From a virus (lineage: Duplodnaviria > Heunggongvirae > Uroviricota > Caudoviricetes), in IMG/VR virus record IMGVR_UViG_3300024265_000032: a stretch of DNA of 53,434 nt; one strand, written 5' to 3'. Below the pieces are notes generated by a model. The model made no database searches. It saw only the letters and a program-made list of their open reading frames with translations, and was not told the DNA's origin. The position numbers and the translations under genes were made by a program. This document shows, in pieces, positions 43,995 through 52,152 of this stretch. Each line of letters starts with the position of its first letter. Position 1 is the stretch's first letter.

Positions 43995-44436
43995 TCATTA
44001 CGATTTCTTCTATGTCGCAGGCCAGACAGATCAGAGGGATGTTTGGATGATCATTCAGCGTGTCACCGCGATGGAATTTTGTATCTTGGTAAAAAATAAT
44101 ACCCACACACTCATGGCTCGACATCGTAGCTATGATGCTGGATATAGTCATGCCCGAATCGGTAAAGTCATCGACAATGACATACCTTTGACCGTTTTGA
44201 AGATATCTTGTTCCGCCAGTCTCGACAGTCCTACTAGAATGAGTTCCGCTTTTATCTTTACGGATAGCGCCAAACGGTAAACCAGATTGCAAATGGATAG
44301 CGGAAAGCAGTAGTGTGCCGCTGAATCCTATACCCACAACTAAATCTACTTTTCCTAGTTTCGGGTTTTTTAGCTCGTGGCAGATGGCATCAACGGTGAT
44401 TTGAGTTTTTTGTGTTGCGTTGTCAAAGTAACACAT
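43960..44436 (-). CDS. type I phosphoribosyltransferase (OPRT/APRT-like fold)
   Basis: VVGIGFSG, IRK, PRPP loop VIVDDFTDSGMT. Confidence 0.85.
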   Translation of the reverse strand: MCYFDNATQKTQITVDAICHELKNPKLGKVDLVVGIGFSGTLLLSAIHLQSGLPFGAIRKDKSGTHSSRTVETGGTRYLQNGQRYVIVDDFTDSGMTISSIIATMSSHECVGIIFYQDTKFHRGDTLNDHPNIPLICLACDIEEIVMSERTEKETCGV

Positions 44437-44460
44437 AGAAAAATCCTCTGGATTTTACAG

Positions 44461-44685
44461 TTAATCCGCATTTCTCATAAAAGCCGCTATGCCGTCTGCG
44501 CCATGCCAAGAACCAGAATCATCCTGGAGAAACGGGAAATCTACCCATTCGCTTGTAGACAATGGGCACACCTTGATAACGGGGTCGTATCCCAACCACT
44601 TAAGGCCGTACTCGACGAATTCATTAACTTCTTTTTGACTGGCGATGATGAACATTTGCACTTTAGGAAACCGCTGTTTTTGCAT
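44461..44685 (-). CDS. small hypothetical protein
   Basis: Start trimmed to MQKQ at 44685 to avoid a long overlap. Confidence 0.45.
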   Translation of the reverse strand: MQKQRFPKVQMFIIASQKEVNEFVEYGLKWLGYDPVIKVCPLSTSEWVDFPFLQDDSGSWHGADGIAAFMRNAD

Positions 44686-44689
44686 TATT

Positions 44690-45313
44690 TTATTTCCTTG
44701 TTTCACACATCCGCCTACACCAACTACCCTGCCAATCACATCGTCGTCCATACTTGCGATGAAGCTTGTGCATCTCCGGTAGATTATCTGCGCAGATATC
44801 ATTCCAAATGTCGTGCCATACGACGCGATATCGTTGGCCCTTTGGCGGTTTCCAATCGAATGCATCCGCACACACTACAATTAACCTGTCTCCATACCGA
44901 CACTTGTAGTGTCCACTAACTAGGGCTATTACATCCTCTGATTTTTCTATGACAGTCAGAGAATCTACTGTTGGTTCGTCCAGTATAGCCTGTGCCACCA
45001 CACCCAAACCCAAGCCGTTGACCAGGACATGATTCGGATATTCTGGATCACCTCTATCATCCCTTGTGCGTCTTGCCGGTTCCCGGTGGTCTCGCAATTC
45101 CGCTAGCGTATCAGACATAACGATCTTGCCACGATGAGTCAATTTCGTGTAAACGCCAGCTTCCATGAATCTATAAGTACGATGAATACGTTCGCGAAGG
45201 TTGTGTAGTCTAATGTCTTCCTCTGTAGCTTCGAATCTGGAGACTTCCCAATCCCCACTTTTGCCTTCCGGGACATCAACCTTCCTCAACAGTTCCCTTT
45301 TTCCTTTGGGCAT
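44690..45313 (-). CDS. spermidine-synthase-like SAM-dependent methyltransferase fold protein
   Basis: MSDT..E, VLVNGLGLG, VIEKS.DVI.LV, DAF.W, HDIW. Confidence 0.75.
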   Translation of the reverse strand: MPKGKRELLRKVDVPEGKSGDWEVSRFEATEEDIRLHNLRERIHRTYRFMEAGVYTKLTHRGKIVMSDTLAELRDHREPARRTRDDRGDPEYPNHVLVNGLGLGVVAQAILDEPTVDSLTVIEKSEDVIALVSGHYKCRYGDRLIVVCADAFDWKPPKGQRYRVVWHDIWNDICADNLPEMHKLHRKYGRRCDWQGSWCRRMCETRK

Positions 45314-45415
45314 ATTCCAATCCCCTAGAACAAATACGTAGGTTCAAGGCATTCGGCGCACTCATCGCACAAGCTTTCGTCGTTTTCCCCGACTGGATCA
45401 CCGCACAAGACGCAC

Positions 45416-45670
45416 TTACCACTTACCATGATTTCCTCCAGGACTACAGTCAAGCTCTTCCAGAGGTGTTTCTAAGATGGTTGACAACTCTCCCAACCCA
45501 TCGAATCCTACCACAGTAATTCCGACAGGACCACCTCCGAGTTTGTCTCCGATGAATCCACTCCCATCTTCGTAAAGTTCGAGGTAGGCATACCTGCCGA
45601 ATTTCTCAGCGATCTTATCTAGAATCCTCCGAAACGCGCAGGTCTCTGTTTTGGTCATTCCTACTATCAT
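45416..45670 (-). CDS. hypothetical protein
   Basis: 84 aa, AGGAG RBS. Confidence 0.5.
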   Translation of the reverse strand: MIVGMTKTETCAFRRILDKIAEKFGRYAYLELYEDGSGFIGDKLGGGPVGITVVGFDGLGELSTILETPLEELDCSPGGNHGKW

Positions 45671-45702
45671 TACTTTCTCCTACCCATCTGACATCTAACA
45701 GA

Positions 45703-45984
45703 CTACCCGACGAAGTTGATGAGTGCTTCTTCAATAGAACGAAATGCGCTGTTGATTCTTTTCTCACCTTGGTTGGTCAGACACAATTCAATAAGCGCCG
45801 CCAAACCACCCATCGTCTGAGTTGTAACGGTCACCGTACCCGCGTGCCCGGTAACGACACAACCCTCGACTCGTTCGAGGATAAGCATTGTCTCATTGCC
45901 CTCTACGTCCTGAATGACATGCATGAATTCTCGCTTCATCTTCATATCCATTTCGTTTTCCCTTCGAAAAGTTACACCCAACAA
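45703..45984 (-). CDS. hypothetical protein (probable start MDMK)
   Basis: ORF on the coding strand. Confidence 0.5.
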   Translation of the reverse strand: MLGVTFRRENEMDMKMKREFMHVIQDVEGNETMLILERVEGCVVTGHAGTVTVTTQTMGGLAALIELCLTNQGEKRINSAFRSIEEALINFVG

Positions 45985-46775
45985 TCAACGCAAGGTTTAC
46001 TGGAAGTAAACAACACGAGTTCCCCCGATCCTCCACACCATTGGCAATTCGGGTTCGGTCCATCCAATCTCAAGTCGCACTCCCTTACCTTGCCATTGAA
46101 AATCGACTGGTGTTGACATGAGGATACTTCCACGTCACTGTACTGAGTCACGATCGCATACCAATGATGGCGGTATGAGAAGTAAGATTCTTCTGACTCA
46201 TTCGCCAACCCAACCACCGTTGCTTGAAGCCATTCGTTGTTGTGTCTGACAAGAACTTTTTGGCCATCATGGAATTGTCGGAATGGCGCTAGATTGCTTT
46301 CACACACCGACTTGAACTGATTGCCACCATCTACGGCGATGCGGTATTTCAGCCACAATCCCGGCCAACTATTCTCTACATCCCACTCAACAACGGTTGC
46401 CGTGTAAATGGGATAGTTCGTGTGGCCAAATCCGTAGTGGTAGTCATGCGCCATCACCCTTGTCCCTATTGGATAGGCACGTCTACTTTCGTGGATTACG
46501 CCCGCCAGTTCCCTACCGGCTTTGATGGTTGCGAGTGTCGGCCCGAACTTAGGGTTATCGTGTGGCATAAACCCCATGTGGTTCATGGAACACATGGCAT
46601 AGTGCTCGTTTTCAGGGTCACATATAGGGCACACATGATCATACGACATACCCATTGTGTTCATGGTTCTTTGGCACTTGTCGCACCAATGACCTTCAAA
46701 CCCTGGCCAATTATTCCAAGTGAGTATGCCATTTGCTATTCTGTCTGGCGTCCACTCGTATGTCTCTGCCATCAC
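45972..46775 (-). CDS. multi-domain hypothetical protein (Zn finger, SH3/Tudor-like repeats, C-terminal C-x-WC motif)
   Basis: CDKC..CPIC; two G..V....W..ATVV-type segments; C-terminus shared with 32840-33121. Confidence 0.55.
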   Translation of the reverse strand: MMAETYEWTPDRIANGILTWNNWPGFEGHWCDKCQRTMNTMGMSYDHVCPICDPENEHYAMCSMNHMGFMPHDNPKFGPTLATIKAGRELAGVIHESRRAYPIGTRVMAHDYHYGFGHTNYPIYTATVVEWDVENSWPGLWLKYRIAVDGGNQFKSVCESNLAPFRQFHDGQKVLVRHNNEWLQATVVGLANESEESYFSYRHHWYAIVTQYSDVEVSSCQHQSIFNGKVRECDLRLDGPNPNCQWCGGSGELVLFTSSKPCVDCWV

Positions 46776-46783
46776 ACCGACTC

Positions 46784-47464
46784 CTAAGAACTAACTTTCA
46801 CAAAGACACGGTGCTGTCCAGCGAGGAAATCATCGATCTGCGGAATCTCACGAATTTCGTGGAGTTCTACCATCCTGTCGACACAGGCGAGACATTCCCA
46901 ATCGCCACCGCTGAGAATATTTTCCATCATGAATGCTCCTGATGTTTTCAGGAGAGCGAAGACTTTGTCCCGAATGGCCAGAAATTTTCTCTGGCCTTCA
47001 TCTGTGAAAAGCCACTCTTTTTGATCTTCGTATTTGTACGACATTCCATTCTCCAAGTTAGTAGGACACAAACAGACACAGGGCAAACTAACTTCACAAC
47101 CACGGCGACGATGCAGTTTCTTGAGTGCCACCCTAGCTCTAGCGGCTTGTTGTTCTGCCAGAGCTACGTCCCACGGACAAGGTGGTCCATCATTGTATCG
47201 AGGTGGTGTCACGATCATATCGATGTTGCATGGGTTTTCTGATACCTTCGGTACTGCTGAGAGAAATGGATCGAGCCATTCAAACCCAGATGGTACATGG
47301 CCGCACAGGACAAGTTCCGCTATTGTCGAACAACGGTCGGTTTCTACGCCTGAACCGACCACCACTCCGATAGAGGAATGTCCTCCAAAACATCGCTTGA
47401 CGCTAAAGAGTTGGTGTACTAGGTGGTTCTGCCTCGTCACATCCTCTATTTCGCTCAGCAACAT
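46784..47464 (-). CDS. hypothetical protein; possible independent internal start at 47044
   Basis: GGAG RBS before MSYKYEDQ at 47044. Confidence 0.5.
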   Translation of the reverse strand: MLLSEIEDVTRQNHLVHQLFSVKRCFGGHSSIGVVVGSGVETDRCSTIAELVLCGHVPSGFEWLDPFLSAVPKVSENPCNIDMIVTPPRYNDGPPCPWDVALAEQQAARARVALKKLHRRRGCEVSLPCVCLCPTNLENGMSYKYEDQKEWLFTDEGQRKFLAIRDKVFALLKTSGAFMMENILSGGDWECLACVDRMVELHEIREIPQIDDFLAGQHRVFVKVSS

Positions 47465-47476
47465 ATCGATCTCCGA

Positions 47477-47734
47477 TCAACGATTGCCGCAACGAGCAAC
47501 CGTCTTTTTGTGATGCGCCCCTTCTAGATGGTTGATGCTACGAATGCGATGACCACAACTACACCTCGTGCCAATTGTGAGTTTGATGTCATCGCCGTTA
47601 TCGTCAGTTCCGACAGCAACCGTTTCGCCATAGCGATGGCTGGTTCCATGTTGACGACTGTGGGCCTCATGTAGTATTTCGCCTCGCGGGGTGATTTTGT
47701 CTTCGAGCTTCTTCTTTGCTTTTTCTTTCTTCAT
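47477..47734 (-). CDS. basic hypothetical protein
   Basis: 85 aa, AAGGA RBS, C-S-C..H..H..C. Confidence 0.55.
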   Translation of the reverse strand: MKKEKAKKKLEDKITPRGEILHEAHSRQHGTSHRYGETVAVGTDDNGDDIKLTIGTRCSCGHRIRSINHLEGAHHKKTVARCGNR

Positions 47735-47872
47735 CGATCTTGTCCTTTCGTGGTTAGGGTAGTCAAAAGGGGGAGATGACGAAGTGCGAGGAATGGTTCC
47801 ACCGTCCAGTCAACGGCTACCACCAACAGACTGGCTGCTCACACTTCTCGTTATCCTCCCCCTTAAGACATC

Positions 47873-48193
47873 TCAAAAGCCATTGTTGCAATCACAGTCC
47901 TGATCATCACAACCAAACTCTTCGTTGTTGTAGTCACACTCATCTGCCGGATCGAGTACGGGTGGTTGGCTCTTTGTCCAAGAGAGAGTGCCGTGAGGGC
48001 CTTCTAGCGTTGCTTTCTGGATGTCAGAACTTCTGACGGCAGTCATCATACAGGCCAGGGCATTGGCCTCGATTACTATGTTGAAGCTGTCTGTGCCGTG
48101 CTGCCTGACGAAAGAGTTTTGGTTGAAGTTTGTGCTCGTTCGATTCCAGATGGTTATCTTGTACATGATTTCTCCCTTTCGCTTTGTAGACAC
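47873..48193 (-). CDS. hypothetical protein (probable start MYKI)
   Basis: GGGAG RBS before the internal ATG. Confidence 0.5.
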   Translation of the reverse strand: MSTKRKGEIMYKITIWNRTSTNFNQNSFVRQHGTDSFNIVIEANALACMMTAVRSSDIQKATLEGPHGTLSWTKSQPPVLDPADECDYNNEEFGCDDQDCDCNNGF

Positions 48194-48549
48194 GACTCTA
48201 TAATCGAGTCGACATGGTAACTTGGTTCGTACCCGTCAAAAAGACCAAGGTGAAGTCCAGCATGTATCCAACGCTGAACGAGATCAGCCCCTTTGTCTGT
48301 CATGCGACACCACATTGTTGACCCATGACGGAAATTGACCCAGGTCATCAACCCAGCGTTCACAACTGTTTGGTAATCAGACTGTGTTCCAACTCCTGTC
48401 CAGATGCCGGTCATTGTCTTTTCGTTGTTTCCCAACATGAAAGTATGACGAGCTTCGACATTGGAGTAAAGAAACCGTGTCTCCAAGAGCCATCGCCTAG
48501 CCGCCTCAAGCATCAACATCCTTTGCCTTTTGCCTAGCTTTCTGTGCAC
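48154..48549 (-). CDS. hypothetical protein
   Basis: 131 aa, GTG start. Confidence 0.5.
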   Translation of the reverse strand: MHRKLGKRQRMLMLEAARRWLLETRFLYSNVEARHTFMLGNNEKTMTGIWTGVGTQSDYQTVVNAGLMTWVNFRHGSTMWCRMTDKGADLVQRWIHAGLHLGLFDGYEPSYHVDSIIESCLQSEREKSCTR

Positions 48550-48552
48550 GAT

Positions 48553-48714
48553 TTATAATCCCTTGTTGTGTTCATCGACAATCGATATCGCGTCTTGTTC
48601 TTCATACACAGTAGCTATTGGTTGCTCCTGTATATTCCCATTGGACGATCCATCAAAGGGCCGTATTGTAAAATATCCATACGCGTCGTTGCTTTTGTCC
48701 ACTTGCCATTTCAT
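48553..48714 (-). CDS. small hypothetical protein (53 aa, absent from ORF track)
   Basis: AGGAG RBS; MKWQVDKSND... Confidence 0.5.
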   Translation of the reverse strand: MKWQVDKSNDAYGYFTIRPFDGSSNGNIQEQPIATVYEEQDAISIVDEHNKGL

Positions 48715-48737
48715 AGCAATCTCCTATGGGGGTGGAA

Positions 48738-48810
48738 TGGGGGCTGTGGGACTCGAACCCACGACTTGAAGGTTATGAGTCTTCTACTCTACCAACTGAG
48801 TTAAGCCCCC
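48738..48810 (-). tRNA. tRNA with CAU anticodon (elongator Met or Ile2), CCA not encoded
   Basis: GGGGGCT/AGCCCCC acceptor, ACTC/GAGT D-stem, loop CTCATAA, T-loop TTCGAGT; paired G1-C72 excludes initiator. Confidence 0.9.
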
Positions 48811-49389
48811 TCAGTCTATTCGTTCGTTCTTGTCTTCTTCACACAAATCTGCCCCACATGTACAGTTGTCGTTCATACGCAAACACTCTGGACACTGGTA
48901 TATAGGGCACGTCGGCCCCTCATTTTGGCCCCACTCGGTGACTCTCACGATTTTATCAAAACCTTCGTCGTTTTCTCCAGTTGGGGGCTTGAATCGATTT
49001 GCCATTTCTTCGATAACATGGGCAGGCACTTTTCTTTTTCTGCCAGCATTCCTTGCCAGACAGACAGACGTTGCCACATCCATCCACACGCAACTGACAG
49101 GAGCGCTACACTTCACAGCTAAGTCGATCCACTTGAGTCTACTCTTGACTGTGAGACTTGTCATGTCTATGACTACGGGCATGGATCGTTTTAGTAGAAC
49201 TTCGACAGTTGTCGAGACCATCAGATAGATCATATGTTCAGCAGATAGGTCGAAATCTTTACCTGTGTAGACCTTCCTGAATTCGTCAGCACAAATGATT
49301 ATGTGTGAGTCTCCCCACTCTTTCTTTGCGTATGTGCTTTTTCCACTACCAGGGAGACCACACAGAACGATCAGTTCTTTACCACCCAC
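48811..49389 (-). CDS. polynucleotide kinase-like P-loop protein (AAA_33)
   Basis: LCGLPGSGKSTYA, ADE.R, VVID.T......R..W, C..RN..R.R.VP..VI. Confidence 0.85.
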   Translation of the reverse strand: MGGKELIVLCGLPGSGKSTYAKKEWGDSHIIICADEFRKVYTGKDFDLSAEHMIYLMVSTTVEVLLKRSMPVVIDMTSLTVKSRLKWIDLAVKCSAPVSCVWMDVATSVCLARNAGRKRKVPAHVIEEMANRFKPPTGENDEGFDKIVRVTEWGQNEGPTCPIYQCPECLRMNDNCTCGADLCEEDKNERID

Positions 49390-49403
49390 AGCAACCTCCA
49401 GAC

Positions 49404-49748
49404 TTAGATCAACAGACTGACGACGACAGAGATGATCGTAGACATGAGACAGATGCCGATCATGACTACTTTCGCCCCAATTTTTTGGGCTTTAACCTGT
49501 ATCTCTCCCGCATTTCTCATGGTTTCTTGCCATTCATCGTGTCGACGACGAGCACCTTCGTTTGCTCGGTTGGACTCTTTGACCAGATTTTCAACATGAC
49601 CACACAGCATACCAAGCAAGATGTTGGTCGACTCGTGTGCCTCGTGGGGGGATAAAATTTTCCTTGGCTTTGGCGCTTCGTTACACATATTGCCAATAGG
49701 TCCATCGTTGTCTGCGTGCATGTGGCCCGAAGGCCCCTCGTCTCTCAT
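49404..49748 (-). CDS. hypothetical protein with C-terminal TM helix
   Basis: Coiled coil plus hydrophobic C-terminus. Confidence 0.55.
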   Translation of the reverse strand: MRDEGPSGHMHADNDGPIGNMCNEAPKPRKILSPHEAHESTNILLGMLCGHVENLVKESNRANEGARRRHDEWQETMRNAGEIQVKAQKIGAKVVMIGICLMSTIISVVVSLLI

Positions 49749-49761
49749 CGTTAATCTCCTT

Positions 49762-50187
49762 TTATGAAGCTGTCATGACAAGCCATGTCCCGAACTCGTT
49801 TTCATCCCACAATCCGAGATTCGACATGGCGGTTTTGATTCTTTCCCTGACAAACTCTTCACGCACTTCTGTGTGGTTGAACCTCTTAAAACCATCCTCG
49901 TCTCCGTCGAGTTTGGTTTCGCAATGCATACCACACACAAACACGAAGTCGTCGTATTGGGATCGGATAACACCGATCCCTCCAAGCGTTTCTTTGCATG
50001 GGTCAAATTCTTTACGGTAGCCTGTTTCTTCTACCCATATTTCTTCCCCACACTGCGAACAATACTCAGCATCGCTTGTTTCGCCTGGGTGAACGTGGTC
50101 GCAACCCCTTATCATTTCTCTGGTGATAATTGCCGATTTTGGTAGTCTCAGACCAACGATCACATGTGCATAGTATGTTGTACTCAT
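49762..50187 (-). CDS. hypothetical protein
   Basis: 141 aa, GGGA RBS, C.H...CSQCG. Confidence 0.6.
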   Translation of the reverse strand: MSTTYYAHVIVGLRLPKSAIITREMIRGCDHVHPGETSDAEYCSQCGEEIWVEETGYRKEFDPCKETLGGIGVIRSQYDDFVFVCGMHCETKLDGDEDGFKRFNHTEVREEFVRERIKTAMSNLGLWDENEFGTWLVMTAS

Positions 50188-50310
50188 ATTTTCCCTTTCT
50201 TATCCAAGCCGAAAGCCCACCCTAGTCGGCAATGACTACATTGGCCATGGATCAGATGGCTGTAGTCCCCGTCACATACGTTTGCGACCCTCATCATTTC
50301 AGTAGTGTAT

Positions 50311-50404
50311 CTCGCAGGATGGGATTCGAACCCACAACCAACCCTTCCGGGTTATTACAGATAGGAATGACCTACCTAAGCTCTTCCAATTGAGCTACAT
50401 GCGA
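50311..50404 (-). ncRNA. aberrant tRNA-like element 1 (94 nt, long variable arm, non-canonical anticodon arm)
   Basis: Acceptor TCGCATG/CCTGCGA (one mismatch), D-arm GCTC/GAGC, T-arm GTGGG-TTCGAAT-CCCAT; 44-nt middle with two hairpins. Confidence 0.7.
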
Positions 50405-50409
50405 TCTTT

Positions 50410-50501
50410 GACAGCGTAACAAGAAATCCCCGACTCATAACGTACACTAGCACCATTAGGCATACGGGTAATACGCATCAGGGACTTCTTATCACGCTGT
50501 C
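50410..50501 (-). ncRNA. structured RNA element A (21-bp closing stem)
   Basis: GACAGCGTGATAAGAAGTCCC pairs with GGGATTTCTTGTTACGCTGTC; all three mismatches are G-U pairs on the minus strand. Confidence 0.65.
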
Positions 50502-50596
50502 GGGTGTGGAAGACTTATAGCTTCGGACTTTATGCATACCCCGATACTTTGGGACCGGCTTCGTTCGACCACGTTTTACCCCGACAACGCGACAAA

Positions 50597-50677
50597 GGTT
50601 ACGGGTGGGATTCGAACCCACGACCTTCTGGCCCCAAAGGGGTCTCGCAGACGCTCTACCACTGAGCTACCGCTTCC
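50597..50677 (-). ncRNA. aberrant tRNA-like element 2 (Pro-UGG-like loop with 8-nt insertion, degenerate acceptor)
   Basis: Intact D-arm and T-arm; anticodon arm TCTGCGAGACCCCTTTGGGGCCAGA (25 nt rather than 17). Confidence 0.7.
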
Positions 50678-50682
50678 ATCAG

Positions 50683-50773
50683 ATTCGTGGTGGCTTCGCC
50701 CTACACTTTCCCTAGTCTTCGGGACGCCTGTAGCGGTTGATCGAAGCTCTTATCCAAGGGACGGACCACGAAT
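50683..50773 (-). ncRNA. structured RNA element B (9-bp closing stem, multibranch)
   Basis: ATTCGTGGT/ACCACGAAT enclosing CTACA/TGTAG + TCCC/GGGA and GGC-GAA-GCC hairpins. Confidence 0.5.
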
Positions 50774-50833
50774 TATCTACCAAACGATATAGGGATCGTT
50801 TCCCAATCGTCTGAAGTTTCCATTTTGTCTTCT

Positions 50834-51382
50834 TTAGGCTGCAATAGACCTTTTCCATCCACGGGCCGCACCACGATTACGATTTCTGGCACGCAGACTT
50901 TTTTTCTCGACAGCTTTCTTCTCAGCTACCACCATCGGATCACGATTGGCATCAGACACCTCTACACGAGACGCCAAACTCCATTTACTACCATCAACCC
51001 TCCGCGCCCTTCTATTAGTCGATGCTCTCGCCGACTTGTTCCGAACCAACGTGTGCCTCTTCTTCTTGAATTGTTCGTCTAGTCCGATTTCCATCTTGAC
51101 TTCGTCGACCTGCCCTTTACGTCTTGTCGAGAACCCCATGGTTCCATCGCCGCATTTGACCTTTTGCCACAAAGGTCCGCTGAATTTCTTGCCGCCCCTG
51201 ACCGACACACAATACTCGGACCGAGCGAACAGATTGTCTTCCGCCCACTGGCGAGAGTCACCCTCAAGTCGATTGAATCCATACCCTTCCGCTCCAGTTT
51301 TGTTTGGTTTCTTTTGGTCTTTGCAACATGAACAAGGTTTCATGATCAAATTCCTTACAGAGGTTTCACAACAACCCACCAC
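50834..51382 (-). CDS. very basic hypothetical protein
   Basis: Arg/Lys-rich; probable start MKPCSCC. Confidence 0.5.
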   Translation of the reverse strand: MVGCCETSVRNLIMKPCSCCKDQKKPNKTGAEGYGFNRLEGDSRQWAEDNLFARSEYCVSVRGGKKFSGPLWQKVKCGDGTMGFSTRRKGQVDEVKMEIGLDEQFKKKRHTLVRNKSARASTNRRARRVDGSKWSLASRVEVSDANRDPMVVAEKKAVEKKSLRARNRNRGAARGWKRSIAA

Positions 51383-51567
51383 GTATCATCTTCTTTGACC
51401 CAAGCTTGTGCTACCAACTTTTGTTCTTCGAAGAAGTTCCACACACCTTGGAATCTTAACCTTGTGGTTTCTGGGTACCTTCTCGCAATGACGTTCTGGA
51501 CATTATCGAAACCGACGATACACCCAGTGTCACCACTCATCGGAGTGAAATCTTTTGTCTCACACAT
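51355..51567 (-). CDS. hypothetical protein, paralog of 42521-42790
   Basis: RYP...G.WNF...VAQAW...WWVVVK. Confidence 0.55.
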   Translation of the reverse strand: MCETKDFTPMSGDTGCIVGFDNVQNVIARRYPETTRLRFQGVWNFFEEQKLVAQAWVKEDDTWWVVVKPL

Positions 51568-51765
51568 GGCAACTTTCTACTCCAGCAGGCGACGACGGAA
51601 TTGTTCCCACCTGGCGTATGTGGTGGTACATCCCATAATGGCACCAGATACCCACATACTCGTGTCTCCCAGAAAATTGCAGATAACCAAGTGGAGTACC
51701 ACTAGGCACGCCATTCAAAGTGTTAGATCAATGATGAGAAGAATCGTTTTCATTTTTTCACTCCG

Positions 51766-52152
51766 CTATTTGCCTAGAAGATGTACCGCCTCGTGGTAAG
51801 ACATTCCTGCTCGCATCAAATCGTTGTGATTCAATCCTTCGATGTCGATCAGCACACCAAGAACGGCTGTCCCGGCAAAGTCCATGACCTTGGCGTTCCC
51901 AACTCTGTCTGGGAATTGCGACTGCATGAATTCGACCACCTCGTCATTTGCTCGAACCCGAACTTGTTTTACTTCTTTCTTTTCCACCACCTTGACAGCC
52001 GCGATGAAGTCTGAGTCGAAGTCTATGGACAGTGTTGTCTTATGAGACATCGCTTGAACCATAGTGAAATTCTCATAAGCCCTGATCGTGAGAGTTTCAC
52101 CATTCTCTTGTGCGATCGTAGCCGTATCACCCGGTTTCAGTTCGTAGTTCAT
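51766..52152 (-). CDS. KPGD-motif protein, type B copy 2
   Basis: LKPGDT...Q.NG..L.I. Confidence 0.6.
   Translation of the reverse strand: MNYELKPGDTATIAQENGETLTIRAYENFTMVQAMSHKTTLSIDFDSDFIAAVKVVEKKEVKQVRVRANDEVVEFMQSQFPDRVGNAKVMDFAGTAVLGVLIDIEGLNHNDLMRAGMSYHEAVHLLGK

Noticed and set aside
40989-44436. NAD+ reconstitution pathway (isochorismatase-like plus PRTase)
   Set aside because: The PRTase is a short single-domain type I enzyme, not Nampt/NAPRT or PRPP-synthetase-like. No NMN adenylyltransferase was seen, and the hydrolase lacks obvious nicotinamidase metal ligands.
50311-50404. Selenocysteine tRNA (94 nt, contains TCA)
   Set aside because: No stem brackets a 7-nt loop centred on TCA, and the extended acceptor and D-stem of tRNA-Sec are absent.
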